A DNA stretch of 32,000 bases, taken from the NCBI GenBank assembly GCA_030606485.1, contig JAUWGH010000001.1, forward strand, positions 780,001 through 812,000. The letters are read 5' to 3'. This document shows, piece after piece, positions 17,791 through 26,204 of this stretch; position 1 is the stretch's first letter, and each line of letters starts with the position of its first letter. The notes under the pieces are model-generated. The model saw only the letters and a list, made by a program, of their open reading frames with translations, was not told the origin of the DNA and did not search any database. The position numbers were made by a program, and so were the translations under genes. This stretch comes from Promethearchaeota archaeon. GTDB lineage: Archaea; Asgardarchaeota; Lokiarchaeia; Sigyniarchaeales; SOKP01.

Positions 17791-19206
17791 TTAAGAACCT
17801 CCTTGATTTTTGTCGTTAATATCTTTCAATTTTTGAATATTATTAGACACTTCATCTAAGATTGAAAGAGTAGAATCTAAAGAACTAATAAGATCGTTTT
17901 GCTTCTTTTTTATTTCATTAATTTCCTTTATTAAAGGTTTTAGAGTTTTTTCTAATTGTTTTTTAATCTTTTCTGCGTTTGAATCTATTTCTTGCACCGT
18001 TTTATTACCTAGTTGATTAATTTTCCTGGAAACCTCATCAATTAATTTAGTATTTTGAATTATATGATTAGAATTATTCTCATAACTAGATTTTAATGAA
18101 GTAAATTTTTCTTTACTGTTATTGATTAATGAATCTGTTTCATTAATTAGTGTATTTATTTGTTCTGTGAATATTTTAGATATATTCGATTCAATAGTCT
18201 CTTTTAATTGGTGAATAGAACTTTTTAATGCATTTTTATTAATATCTAATGTGTCTAATTTATCATCAATATATGTTTCCATATCTCTAAATATGTCCAT
18301 AATTGCAAATTTAGTCCAGGTGTGTAATTCCCTTAGACCATTTGATAAATTTTCCTTTAGAGATATTAGACCTTTTCTAGTTTTTAGATTGATATCAATT
18401 GTTAATTTAGTTGTTTTTTGACCCCATTGGTTTAAATATCTAATTAATGGTTCAAAGAATGAATAAGTAAATTTTGAAATACCATCATTCAATGATTGCA
18501 TTAATTCCATTAAGTTTAAATCAGGTTGTTTTGCCATCATTTGACCTTGACTAGGAATAGAAATTTCTCCAAATATATCTGGAATCTCATTAATTTCTAA
18601 AATAAGAGGTTCTTTTTTATGTATGTTATCTATTAAATTTTTAATTTCATAATAAAATCCAATATTATCAGGAGGTTCTACGATATATTTTACATCATGA
18701 TAACTAGTTGGTATTTCCGTAAAAGATGGTTTATCTAATCGAAAGATTTTAAAACCCATATTTCCTTGCTCCTCCAATAGTTCGTGATCGAAGACAATAC
18801 CAATTGCACTGGGATTTGGATTTTGAAATCCTAACTGATTTATAAGGTCAACTGCTGAGAAAAAAACGCCCAAACCAGGGTGAGAGTGGTACCAACCAAC
18901 GGAAAACCAACCCTTATCAGCAACCTCTGCATCGATACTTGCAAATGATATATAATCTGCTTCAGCAAATTGTACTTCAATTTGACCTCCATGATTTATC
19001 GGAATTGCATCATGTACTATAACATCTTTAATTTCTCCAGACCCTTCTAATTCTCCTAACAATACACCCATGCATTCACTGTAATTATCAGGATCCTTAA
19101 TTTTTGAACCAAACCGTAAAACATGAACAAGCATTTTATAATAAGCTAATGGTTTAATGATTACCTTCGAGTTATCAATGAAATTTTGCTTTTGTGTGTG
19201 TGCCAT
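17791..19206 (-). CDS. JAMM/MPN+ domain protein (Rpn11/CSN5-like) with a long C-terminal helical stalk; paralog B
   Basis: ECMGVLLG and GWYHSHPGLGVFFSAVD (canonical HxHx7Sx2D, 18847-18888). ATG19206 is preferred over TTG19212. Confidence 0.92.
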   Translation of the reverse strand: MAHTQKQNFIDNSKVIIKPLAYYKMLVHVLRFGSKIKDPDNYSECMGVLLGELEGSGEIKDVIVHDAIPINHGGQIEVQFAEADYISFASIDAEVADKGWFSVGWYHSHPGLGVFFSAVDLINQLGFQNPNPSAIGIVFDHELLEEQGNMGFKIFRLDKPSFTEIPTSYHDVKYIVEPPDNIGFYYEIKNLIDNIHKKEPLILEINEIPDIFGEISIPSQGQMMAKQPDLNLMELMQSLNDGISKFTYSFFEPLIRYLNQWGQKTTKLTIDINLKTRKGLISLKENLSNGLRELHTWTKFAIMDIFRDMETYIDDKLDTLDINKNALKSSIHQLKETIESNISKIFTEQINTLINETDSLINNSKEKFTSLKSSYENNSNHIIQNTKLIDEVSRKINQLGNKTVQEIDSNAEKIKKQLEKTLKPLIKEINEIKKKQNDLISSLDSTLSILDEVSNNIQKLKDINDKNQGGS

Positions 19207-19412
19207 ATTCAAAACTTCTTAATTAATTAATCTCATTTTAATTTTCATATACCAATATTATTTTTTGAGTTTTTATAATATTATCCAAATTCAATTATTA
19301 TTCTAATTAGCTGTGTTTAATTTAAATTTAATATTAATTTGGAAGATATGATCTAAATAATGAAAGTTTCATAACTCAATTTTAATATTTATAAAAAACT
19401 TTAAAAAGAGTA

Positions 19413-20069
19413 TTAATTGTAATCCTTGAATTCCTTTCCACAACTTGGGCAATGCTTTATCTGAAAACCACAGAAAGGACAAAAAATCTTTCCTAAAGCT
19501 CTTTCTTTTAACTCGTCTGTTTCTGCAGCATCTTTAGATGGAATCTTGGGAAGTTCTTTCTCAGTTGAAATTATTTCAGGAGATTTTTCTTGGATAGTTG
19601 ATTCTTTTTCTACATCATGTTTTTGAGAAACTGCTTTAGCTTTTGTTCTTTGGAGAAATTTTTCTCGTTCTGATAATTCTTCCTTAACCCATCCTTGAGT
19701 TCTAGGCCTTTTTAATTCTGATTCTGGAACCTTCTCTAACTGTGCTTCCTTTACTTCTTGAATTGGGATTATAACTTTCTTCTTATCTTTATTCTCTCTT
19801 GCTTGTCTCAATAAAAATTGAGTTGTTTTCATGATTTGATGAGGATTTATATTTGGGATTGCAACTGTTTTGAGGACCCAACTGACGATACGATTTCCAT
19901 TTGGTGTAATTCCCTCAACATTATCGTAAATATAAGAATCTATAATTGTGTCTCTTCCTTTCATTAATCTAGATGCCCATTTTTCATTAATTTGTCCTAA
20001 CTGTAATCTGTAGGAAGTCCCAGCAATTCCAAGCTGAGAAGTGAGTGGTTCAAAATCTTTTTCAGACAT
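19413..20069 (-). CDS. Hypothetical protein: N-terminal globular domain, charged linker, C-terminal zinc ribbon (CPFC-x6-CPSC)
   Basis: Translation from ATG20069 (track starts at TTG20081); terminal CxxC-x6-CxxC. Confidence 0.75.
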   Translation of the reverse strand: MSEKDFEPLTSQLGIAGTSYRLQLGQINEKWASRLMKGRDTIIDSYIYDNVEGITPNGNRIVSWVLKTVAIPNINPHQIMKTTQFLLRQARENKDKKKVIIPIQEVKEAQLEKVPESELKRPRTQGWVKEELSEREKFLQRTKAKAVSQKHDVEKESTIQEKSPEIISTEKELPKIPSKDAAETDELKERALGKIFCPFCGFQIKHCPSCGKEFKDYN

Positions 20070-20398
20070 GATTTTACCCAAATTGAAATTTATTACAATG
20101 ATATAAATAATATTTATATTTTTATAATTAATTCTAATTTTTTATATCTTTATTGTTTTTGACTGAATTTTAGTATGTGTTTAATTATAAAACTGATGAA
20201 ATTTTTAATATTAAAAATCTCTGTAGTTGTTGATATTTTATAAAAATGATATTTTTTATATTATGTCGATTCTCTCCTTATATTTAAAAAGAAAATTCCC
20301 CTAAATATTAATGCTACAATAAATATTCTTAAATATTTTGGAACTTCTAAAATCAATGGAATTAAAAAGAATAATTTTTATTTTTATTAAGGGAGAGT

Positions 20399-22660
20399 AT
20401 GAAAAAATTGGAAGATTTTAATGAAAATGATGAGGATTTCAGTTTAATCGATTTATACCCTAAATATGTAATCAATTCTAAAGGTATACTTAAAGATTTT
20501 GATATTACATATATCGCAAGATCAATTAATAGAGAAACTGGATTGGAATTTGAGACTTGTGAGAAAATTGCTCAGGAAGTTCTCCGAAAAATTATTGGAC
20601 AAGGGTTAAAAAGAGTTTCTTCCACGTATATTAGAGAAATAGTATGCCTTGAATTAACTGCAAGAGGATTAGAAAAATTTAGAAACATTTATGCTCGCTA
20701 TATTAACATTAGTATGACCAAATTCTCTTTAGATGAGGATTTTATTGAAAAATTTAAAAAAATTCACCCAAAATGGGGTCCCCTAGGTTATATTACTTAT
20801 AAAAGAACTTATGCAAGATATATAGAAAAAGAAAACCGTAAGGAAGAATTTTGGGAAACACTGAGAAGGGTTGTTGAAGGATGTTTCTCAATTCAAAAGG
20901 AACATTGTGTAAAATTGGGTTTACCATGGAGCGAAGATAAAGCTCAAAAATCCGCTCAAATAATGTATCAAAAAATGTGGGATTTTAAATTTATTGCTCC
21001 AGGTCGTGGATTATGGATAATGGGAACCCCATTTATTGATAGACATGGCTCTATGGCCCTTAATAATTGCGGCTTTGCCTCAACTGAGGATATAGATATT
21101 AAAGGGACGATCCCATTTGAATGGACAATGGATGCATTAATGCTGGGTGTTGGTGTAGGATTTGACACAAAAGGGGCAGGAAAAATAATTATTAAGAAAC
21201 CAAAAGAAGATGATTTTCTATTTCGCATTCCAGATAGAAGAGAAGGATGGGTTGAAGCATTAAAGTATACTTTAGAGGCATATTTTTTTGAAAAAACCAT
21301 ACCAAAATTGGATTATTCCTTAATAAGACCGGCGGGGGAATTAATTAGAGGATTTGGAGGAATCGCCTCTGGACCAGAACCGCTTGAAAAAATGATTGAA
21401 AACATTAAGGATCTTTTAAACCAACGTATTGGAGATAAACTTCGTTCAACAGATATAGTCGATATCATGAATTTTATTGGTAAATGCGTAGTTGCCGGGA
21501 ATGTTCGCCGGAGTGCTGAAATAGCCCTTGGAGATATAAATGATACGGAATTTATAACTATGAAGCAAGATAAGGAGAAATTAACGTCCCACCGCTGGGC
21601 AAGTAATAATTCAATATTTGCAAAAATTGGTATGGACTATTCATTTGTTGCTGAACAAATTGCAAAAAATGGAGAGCCGGGTGTATTATGGTTAGAAAAT
21701 TCCAGAGCTTATTCAAGAATGGCTGAGCTACCCGATTATAAAGATAAGAAAGTGGCTGGCGTAAATCCTTGTGGAGAACAGAGCCTTGAATCATATGAGC
21801 TATGCTGCTTGGTGGAGTCCTTTCCTTCAAACCATGAGTCCTATGAGGAGTTTCAAGATACACTAAAATATGCATATCTTTATGCAAAATCAGTTACTTT
21901 ATTAAATACACATTGGAAGCAAACAAATGCAATTATGGGCAAAAACAGAAGAATTGGCACTTCCCAATCGGGAATAATTAATGCTTTTGTTAAGCATGGG
22001 CGTAGGGAAATATTTAAATGGTGTGAAAAGGGTTATAAATACTTAAAGGAATTAGATTCTAAATATTCAGATTGGCTAACTACCCCTAAGTCAATTAAGA
22101 TGACCTCAATAAAACCCAGCGGTACTGTAAGTTTACTTCCGGGAGTAACTCCAGGAATACATTATCCGCATTCTGAATATTATATACGCAGGATTCGCTT
22201 TAATGAAAATTCAGATTTGCTTCCTTTTCTGAGAGAAGCGGGATATCAAATTCATACAGATAAATACTCTCCCAACACCAGCGTTGTAGAATTCCCTATT
22301 CATGAGGAATATTTTGAAAGAGGAAAAAGTGACGTATCGATGTGGGAACAGTTAGAAAATGCTGCTGCATACCAGAAATATTGGGCTGATAATCAAGTGT
22401 CTATCACAGTTACTTTTAAAGAAAAAGAAGCAAAAGAGATTAAAGTTGCTTTAGAAATATTCGAAGATAAGTTGAAAGGAGTTGCATTCCTTCCCTTGAA
22501 CGAACACGGTTATGAACAAGCTCCTTATGAAGAAATTACACAAGAACAGTATCATGAAATGAAATCGAAATTAAAACCACTCAATCTGAGTACAGTTAAA
22601 AGTGAAGCACTGGGTGAAAGATTTTGTGATGCAGATTTCTGTGAGATTAAATTCAAATGA
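20399..22660 (+). CDS. nrdJ: Class II (adenosylcobalamin-dependent) ribonucleotide reductase, RTPR/monomeric-type, with N-terminal ATP-cone
   Basis: GRGLW, LNNCGF, VAGNVRRSAEI, NPCGEQSLESYELCCLVE (radical and redox Cys), TSIKPSGTVS, YWADNQVSITV, YEQAPYEEIT, C-terminal FCDADFC (CxxxxC shuttle). ATP-cone-like segment at about 20468-20668. GGGAGA lies upstream of the ATG. Confidence 0.95.
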   Translation: MKKLEDFNENDEDFSLIDLYPKYVINSKGILKDFDITYIARSINRETGLEFETCEKIAQEVLRKIIGQGLKRVSSTYIREIVCLELTARGLEKFRNIYARYINISMTKFSLDEDFIEKFKKIHPKWGPLGYITYKRTYARYIEKENRKEEFWETLRRVVEGCFSIQKEHCVKLGLPWSEDKAQKSAQIMYQKMWDFKFIAPGRGLWIMGTPFIDRHGSMALNNCGFASTEDIDIKGTIPFEWTMDALMLGVGVGFDTKGAGKIIIKKPKEDDFLFRIPDRREGWVEALKYTLEAYFFEKTIPKLDYSLIRPAGELIRGFGGIASGPEPLEKMIENIKDLLNQRIGDKLRSTDIVDIMNFIGKCVVAGNVRRSAEIALGDINDTEFITMKQDKEKLTSHRWASNNSIFAKIGMDYSFVAEQIAKNGEPGVLWLENSRAYSRMAELPDYKDKKVAGVNPCGEQSLESYELCCLVESFPSNHESYEEFQDTLKYAYLYAKSVTLLNTHWKQTNAIMGKNRRIGTSQSGIINAFVKHGRREIFKWCEKGYKYLKELDSKYSDWLTTPKSIKMTSIKPSGTVSLLPGVTPGIHYPHSEYYIRRIRFNENSDLLPFLREAGYQIHTDKYSPNTSVVEFPIHEEYFERGKSDVSMWEQLENAAAYQKYWADNQVSITVTFKEKEAKEIKVALEIFEDKLKGVAFLPLNEHGYEQAPYEEITQEQYHEMKSKLKPLNLSTVKSEALGERFCDADFCEIKFK

Positions 22661-22801
22661 ATAAAAATGAAATATCATTCAATTATTAAAAAGTCTAGAG
22701 ATTTTAGACAAATATTATTAAGTTTATTAAGTAGACAATCTTAATAATTGCGAAATACCAATACTCATTATATTACAATATAAAAAAAAGGTTGAAAGAT
22801 A

Positions 22802-24076
22802 ATGGTAAAGATTATTCATCTTGCAGATACTCATCTTGGTTTCAGATTAAGAAAGAACTTTAAAAATGACTGGTTTAAATTTGGTGAAATTCGTTGGTAT
22901 GAAAATGATTTTTATAAGAGATGGGATGATTTTTTTAATTATTGTATTGATAATAAAGATAATATTGATTTTATAGTTCATTCGGGGGATATTTTCCATA
23001 CTCCATTCGGAGAAAATCCATTTCCACCACCAGAACCGGCAAGAGAAGTTGTTGTTAAAAGCTTAAAAACTTTTTTTAAAGAAACTGAAAATAAAATTCC
23101 CATTATCTTAATTGATGGTAATCATGGTATTTATCAAGGATATAGATATTCAATTATGGATAGTATCACCTCCATCTTTCCAAAACTCCATTATTTTTCC
23201 GTCTGGGACTTAAAACATGCCATAACTAATTCTGAACCATTAATTGTGGAATTTCCAGAAAAAAGCACTCGATTTTATTTGTTTCCTTATTTTGAATTTA
23301 ATCTAAACAATGATATTAAAATTGATTATGATAAATGGATTGAAAAACAGAGACCTAAAGAAGATATGGTCGAAATTGCTGTAGTTCATGGATCTGATAT
23401 AGATAACACGCTTCACGAGAAAGTAAAGTCGTTCAATTACTCATATATTGCATTAGGTCATGAACATAACCAGAGAAAATTTTCTGGTAATGCTTATTAT
23501 TCAGGATCATTTGTACCACTTAATTTTGATGAGGTAAATCTTTCAAACGGGTATTTAGAAGTTATTATTGAAAAAAATAAGAAACCTGTGGTCAAGAATC
23601 ATATTTTCGAGAAAAATCGTGTTTTTGAAGAAATTGATATAGAAGTAGACCCATCAACTACAAATAATTCAATATTTTCTACCATAGATGAAAAAATTGA
23701 ACCATTTAAGACCCAAAAATGGGAAGGGGTTTCTGCTGCCCGATTAAAAATAATTTTTAGAGGTAACGTACCTCTTACAAGTTTTTGGAATTTGAGTGAA
23801 GAATTGAGAGCATATCAGTCCAGAATTATTAGTGGAGGGAGCTATAATATTTTACAACTTATTATCGACTGGCATGGAGTTTCGAAATATTTAGGTGATG
23901 AGTTAGCTCCAGAAATTTTAGAAGAATACATATTAAGTAATCCTAAAGAGGAATTTCTGGAATATATTCATGGAAAAATTAAACCAGCTGAAGGATATAA
24001 TGTAGATTTATTGGCAGAAATCGCAATAGAAGCAATTGAAACATCTTTAAAAAAATTTGGAGGAGAAACAGATTGA
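22802..24076 (+). CDS. mre11: Mre11/SbcD-family metallophosphoesterase nuclease
   Basis: Motifs DTHLG, GDIFH, GNH, VHGS and LGHEH retain all expected metal ligands; adjacent to rad50. Confidence 0.9.
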   Translation: MVKIIHLADTHLGFRLRKNFKNDWFKFGEIRWYENDFYKRWDDFFNYCIDNKDNIDFIVHSGDIFHTPFGENPFPPPEPAREVVVKSLKTFFKETENKIPIILIDGNHGIYQGYRYSIMDSITSIFPKLHYFSVWDLKHAITNSEPLIVEFPEKSTRFYLFPYFEFNLNNDIKIDYDKWIEKQRPKEDMVEIAVVHGSDIDNTLHEKVKSFNYSYIALGHEHNQRKFSGNAYYSGSFVPLNFDEVNLSNGYLEVIIEKNKKPVVKNHIFEKNRVFEEIDIEVDPSTTNNSIFSTIDEKIEPFKTQKWEGVSAARLKIIFRGNVPLTSFWNLSEELRAYQSRIISGGSYNILQLIIDWHGVSKYLGDELAPEILEEYILSNPKEEFLEYIHGKIKPAEGYNVDLLAEIAIEAIETSLKKFGGETD

Positions 24077-26184
24077 AAATTAAAAGAGTGGAATTTAAAA
24101 ATTTCAAATGCTTTCCAGATTTAATACTTCCTGAAAAAGAGACCGAGAATTTCTCCGAAGGTTTATTTTTAATACAAGGAACAACTCCCGAAAGATCAAA
24201 TAGTTTCGGGAAAACGAGCTTTGTTGAAGGGATTCTTTTTGGCTTATTCGGACCAAAAAGTACAATTTTATCAATTAATAATTTAATTACTTTTGGTCAA
24301 GATAAAGGAGAGATAAAGATAATATTTGAACTTGATGGGGTCGATTATATGATACAGAGATTATTAAATAGAACGAGTTCAAGTGGTTCCCAAAAGTTAA
24401 GAAATTATATAAGAGTTAATAATACTTGGAAATCCGACAACACGATTAAAATTGAAGAATTATTAGAGATTAAGAGAGAACAAGCATTACAAACATCTTT
24501 TGTAAAGCAGGGTGAGATAGAGAGTTTGGCATCAGCTAGCCCAGCGAAATTACGGGATTTAATAATAGATTTATTTCGTTTAAACATTGTTGACTATGCT
24601 TCAGATTATCTTAAGAATATAAATAAAGATGCTATAAATCGGATAAAATCTATAAATAGAAATTACATTGCTCCTTCTGAAATTGATAAGGATATTAATA
24701 GAAAAGATCAACAATTAACAGGAAATAATATAGAAATTAAAAATAATTCTAAAAAAATCGATACCTTAAAAACTCAATTAATAAACTTTCCTGATAAGGA
24801 AAAATTAACAGAACTCAAAGATATTAAGCAAAAAATTGAACAATTTGTTGGCAAAATTGAGGTATTCTTAGAGCAATTAGCCAATAAATTAAAACCTTTA
24901 AGCTCAGATGATAATATCCAAGAGTCCAATATTGATCATTTTATAAAAATAAAAGAAAATGAAATCACTAAATTAGAAAGTAATAAAGATACACTGTCAG
25001 AAGCATTAAAAAAAGTTCTTTCAGAAATAAATAAGAAAGAAGGAATTATTTCACAGATTGAAAAAAATAAAGGTAAAATAAATAAAAACTTCGATTTTAA
25101 AGGAGGGAAAAGAATAGCTAAGTGCCCAACTTGTACAAGAGAAATAAGTTATCAAGATGCTCAAGAGATTTTAAATCACTATGATAATGAGATTAATGCT
25201 TTAATAAATGATGTAAATAAATTAAAACCAGATTTGGAAGAATTAGAAAATAACAAACAAGATATAGAAAATAAGTTGGATGAATTAAACTCAGTTTTTA
25301 GAAACTTGCAAGACATTAAAGAGATTTATACTAAAAAGAAAAAATTTGAAATAGAAATAGAAAATAAACGATTGATAAACACAAATTTATTGAGAAAATT
25401 TAATGTATCAACAGAAAAGGAATTTCTAGAAAAATTTAACGTGAAAAATTTAGATCATTTAAGAGAAAAAATAATTAAAATCGATAGTGAAATAAATTCT
25501 TTAGTAAACGTAAATAAGAGAATCGAAAGTGAAAATAATTACTTAAAGAATGAAATTCAGGAGCTCAATTTAAAAAAGAAGAATATGATCAAACTTCGAG
25601 ATGAAAGAGAACAGTTGGAAATGAAAATTAAGCATGTCGATAAAAATAAAGAACTAGTAAAAGGATTTATTACAGAGTATATGGTTGAAAAGAGACTGAT
25701 CCATAATATTCAATATGAAACCAAAAGATTTCTAAAATATTTTTCAGGTGGTCAATATTCAAATCTAGATTTAAAGAGTGTGGATAAAGGACGAGGTATA
25801 AAAATTGCTATATTTGATGAATTTAGCCAAACTATGAAGGATATTGATTTCCTTAGTGGAGGAGATAAAGTTGCTCTTGGATTTGCTTTAAGAATGGGGA
25901 TCTCAGAGTTAATGACAAAAATCAGACCAACCAAAAATTCCCCAAAGAAAAATCCTAAAATTGATTTTATGATTTTAGATGAACCATTAGCAGCATTAGA
26001 TAAAGATCGTAGAAAACAAGTATTAACAACTCTTGAAAGTCAAAAAGATTTCAATCAAATTTTTTTAATTACACATACAGATATTCCAGAAGAAATTAAG
26101 CCAAATTTTATAAAAATCAAGAAAAATTTTGAAAATGGGTTAAGTTCAGCCGTTTATATAGATAAAGAAAAAAATCAATTATAA
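24073..26184 (+). CDS. rad50: Rad50/SbcC-family ABC ATPase with zinc hook; short (703 aa)
   Basis: Extended Walker A G-TTPERS-NSFGKT, Q-loop FVKQGEI, central CPTC hook, signature LSGGD, Walker B/D-loop ILDEPLAALD, H-loop ITH. 4-nt overlap with mre11; GGAGG 9 nt upstream of the TTG start. Confidence 0.9.
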   Translation: MKIKRVEFKNFKCFPDLILPEKETENFSEGLFLIQGTTPERSNSFGKTSFVEGILFGLFGPKSTILSINNLITFGQDKGEIKIIFELDGVDYMIQRLLNRTSSSGSQKLRNYIRVNNTWKSDNTIKIEELLEIKREQALQTSFVKQGEIESLASASPAKLRDLIIDLFRLNIVDYASDYLKNINKDAINRIKSINRNYIAPSEIDKDINRKDQQLTGNNIEIKNNSKKIDTLKTQLINFPDKEKLTELKDIKQKIEQFVGKIEVFLEQLANKLKPLSSDDNIQESNIDHFIKIKENEITKLESNKDTLSEALKKVLSEINKKEGIISQIEKNKGKINKNFDFKGGKRIAKCPTCTREISYQDAQEILNHYDNEINALINDVNKLKPDLEELENNKQDIENKLDELNSVFRNLQDIKEIYTKKKKFEIEIENKRLINTNLLRKFNVSTEKEFLEKFNVKNLDHLREKIIKIDSEINSLVNVNKRIESENNYLKNEIQELNLKKKNMIKLRDEREQLEMKIKHVDKNKELVKGFITEYMVEKRLIHNIQYETKRFLKYFSGGQYSNLDLKSVDKGRGIKIAIFDEFSQTMKDIDFLSGGDKVALGFALRMGISELMTKIRPTKNSPKKNPKIDFMILDEPLAALDKDRRKQVLTTLESQKDFNQIFLITHTDIPEEIKPNFIKIKKNFENGLSSAVYIDKEKNQL

Positions 26185-26204
26185 AAAAATGAGAGTGAAA
26201 AAAA

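Noticed and set aside
17785-17793. Read-through fusion of the two JAMM-stalk genes (they are in the same frame: TAA AGA ATG)
   Set aside because: The downstream gene has its own GGAGGT Shine-Dalgarno 9 nt before a normal ATG, and same-frame spacing has a 1-in-3 chance; separate translation is the simpler reading.
3533-19372. Short AT-rich palindromes: TATCAAA-A-TTTGATA (3533-3547), AGATCAA-TTTT-TTGATCT (4726-4743), ATGAAA-G-TTTCAT (19360-19372)
   Set aside because: Arms of 6-7 bp with differing spacers are expected by chance in such AT-rich intergenic DNA. The first two share an ATCAA..TTGAT core but with 3- and 4-nt spacers, which is not enough to call a regulon.
19430-19475. NZF/RanBP2-type ubiquitin-binding zinc finger in the 19413-20069 protein
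   Set aside because: The spacing is CxxC-x6-CxxC, without the W-x-C and Asn signature or the 10-residue spacer of NZF domains; it is a generic zinc ribbon.
20311-20340. Repeated TAAATATT words upstream of nrdJ as NrdR boxes or a cobalamin riboswitch
   Set aside because: They do not match the NrdR-box consensus, and the region is too AT-rich and unstructured for a cobalamin riboswitch.
3517-24076. Genome-wide UGA reassignment
   Set aside because: Well-defined genes (HAD at 3519, nrdJ at 22660 right after its terminal CxxxxC, mre11 at 24076 overlapping the rad50 start) end normally at TGA, so the standard code applies.
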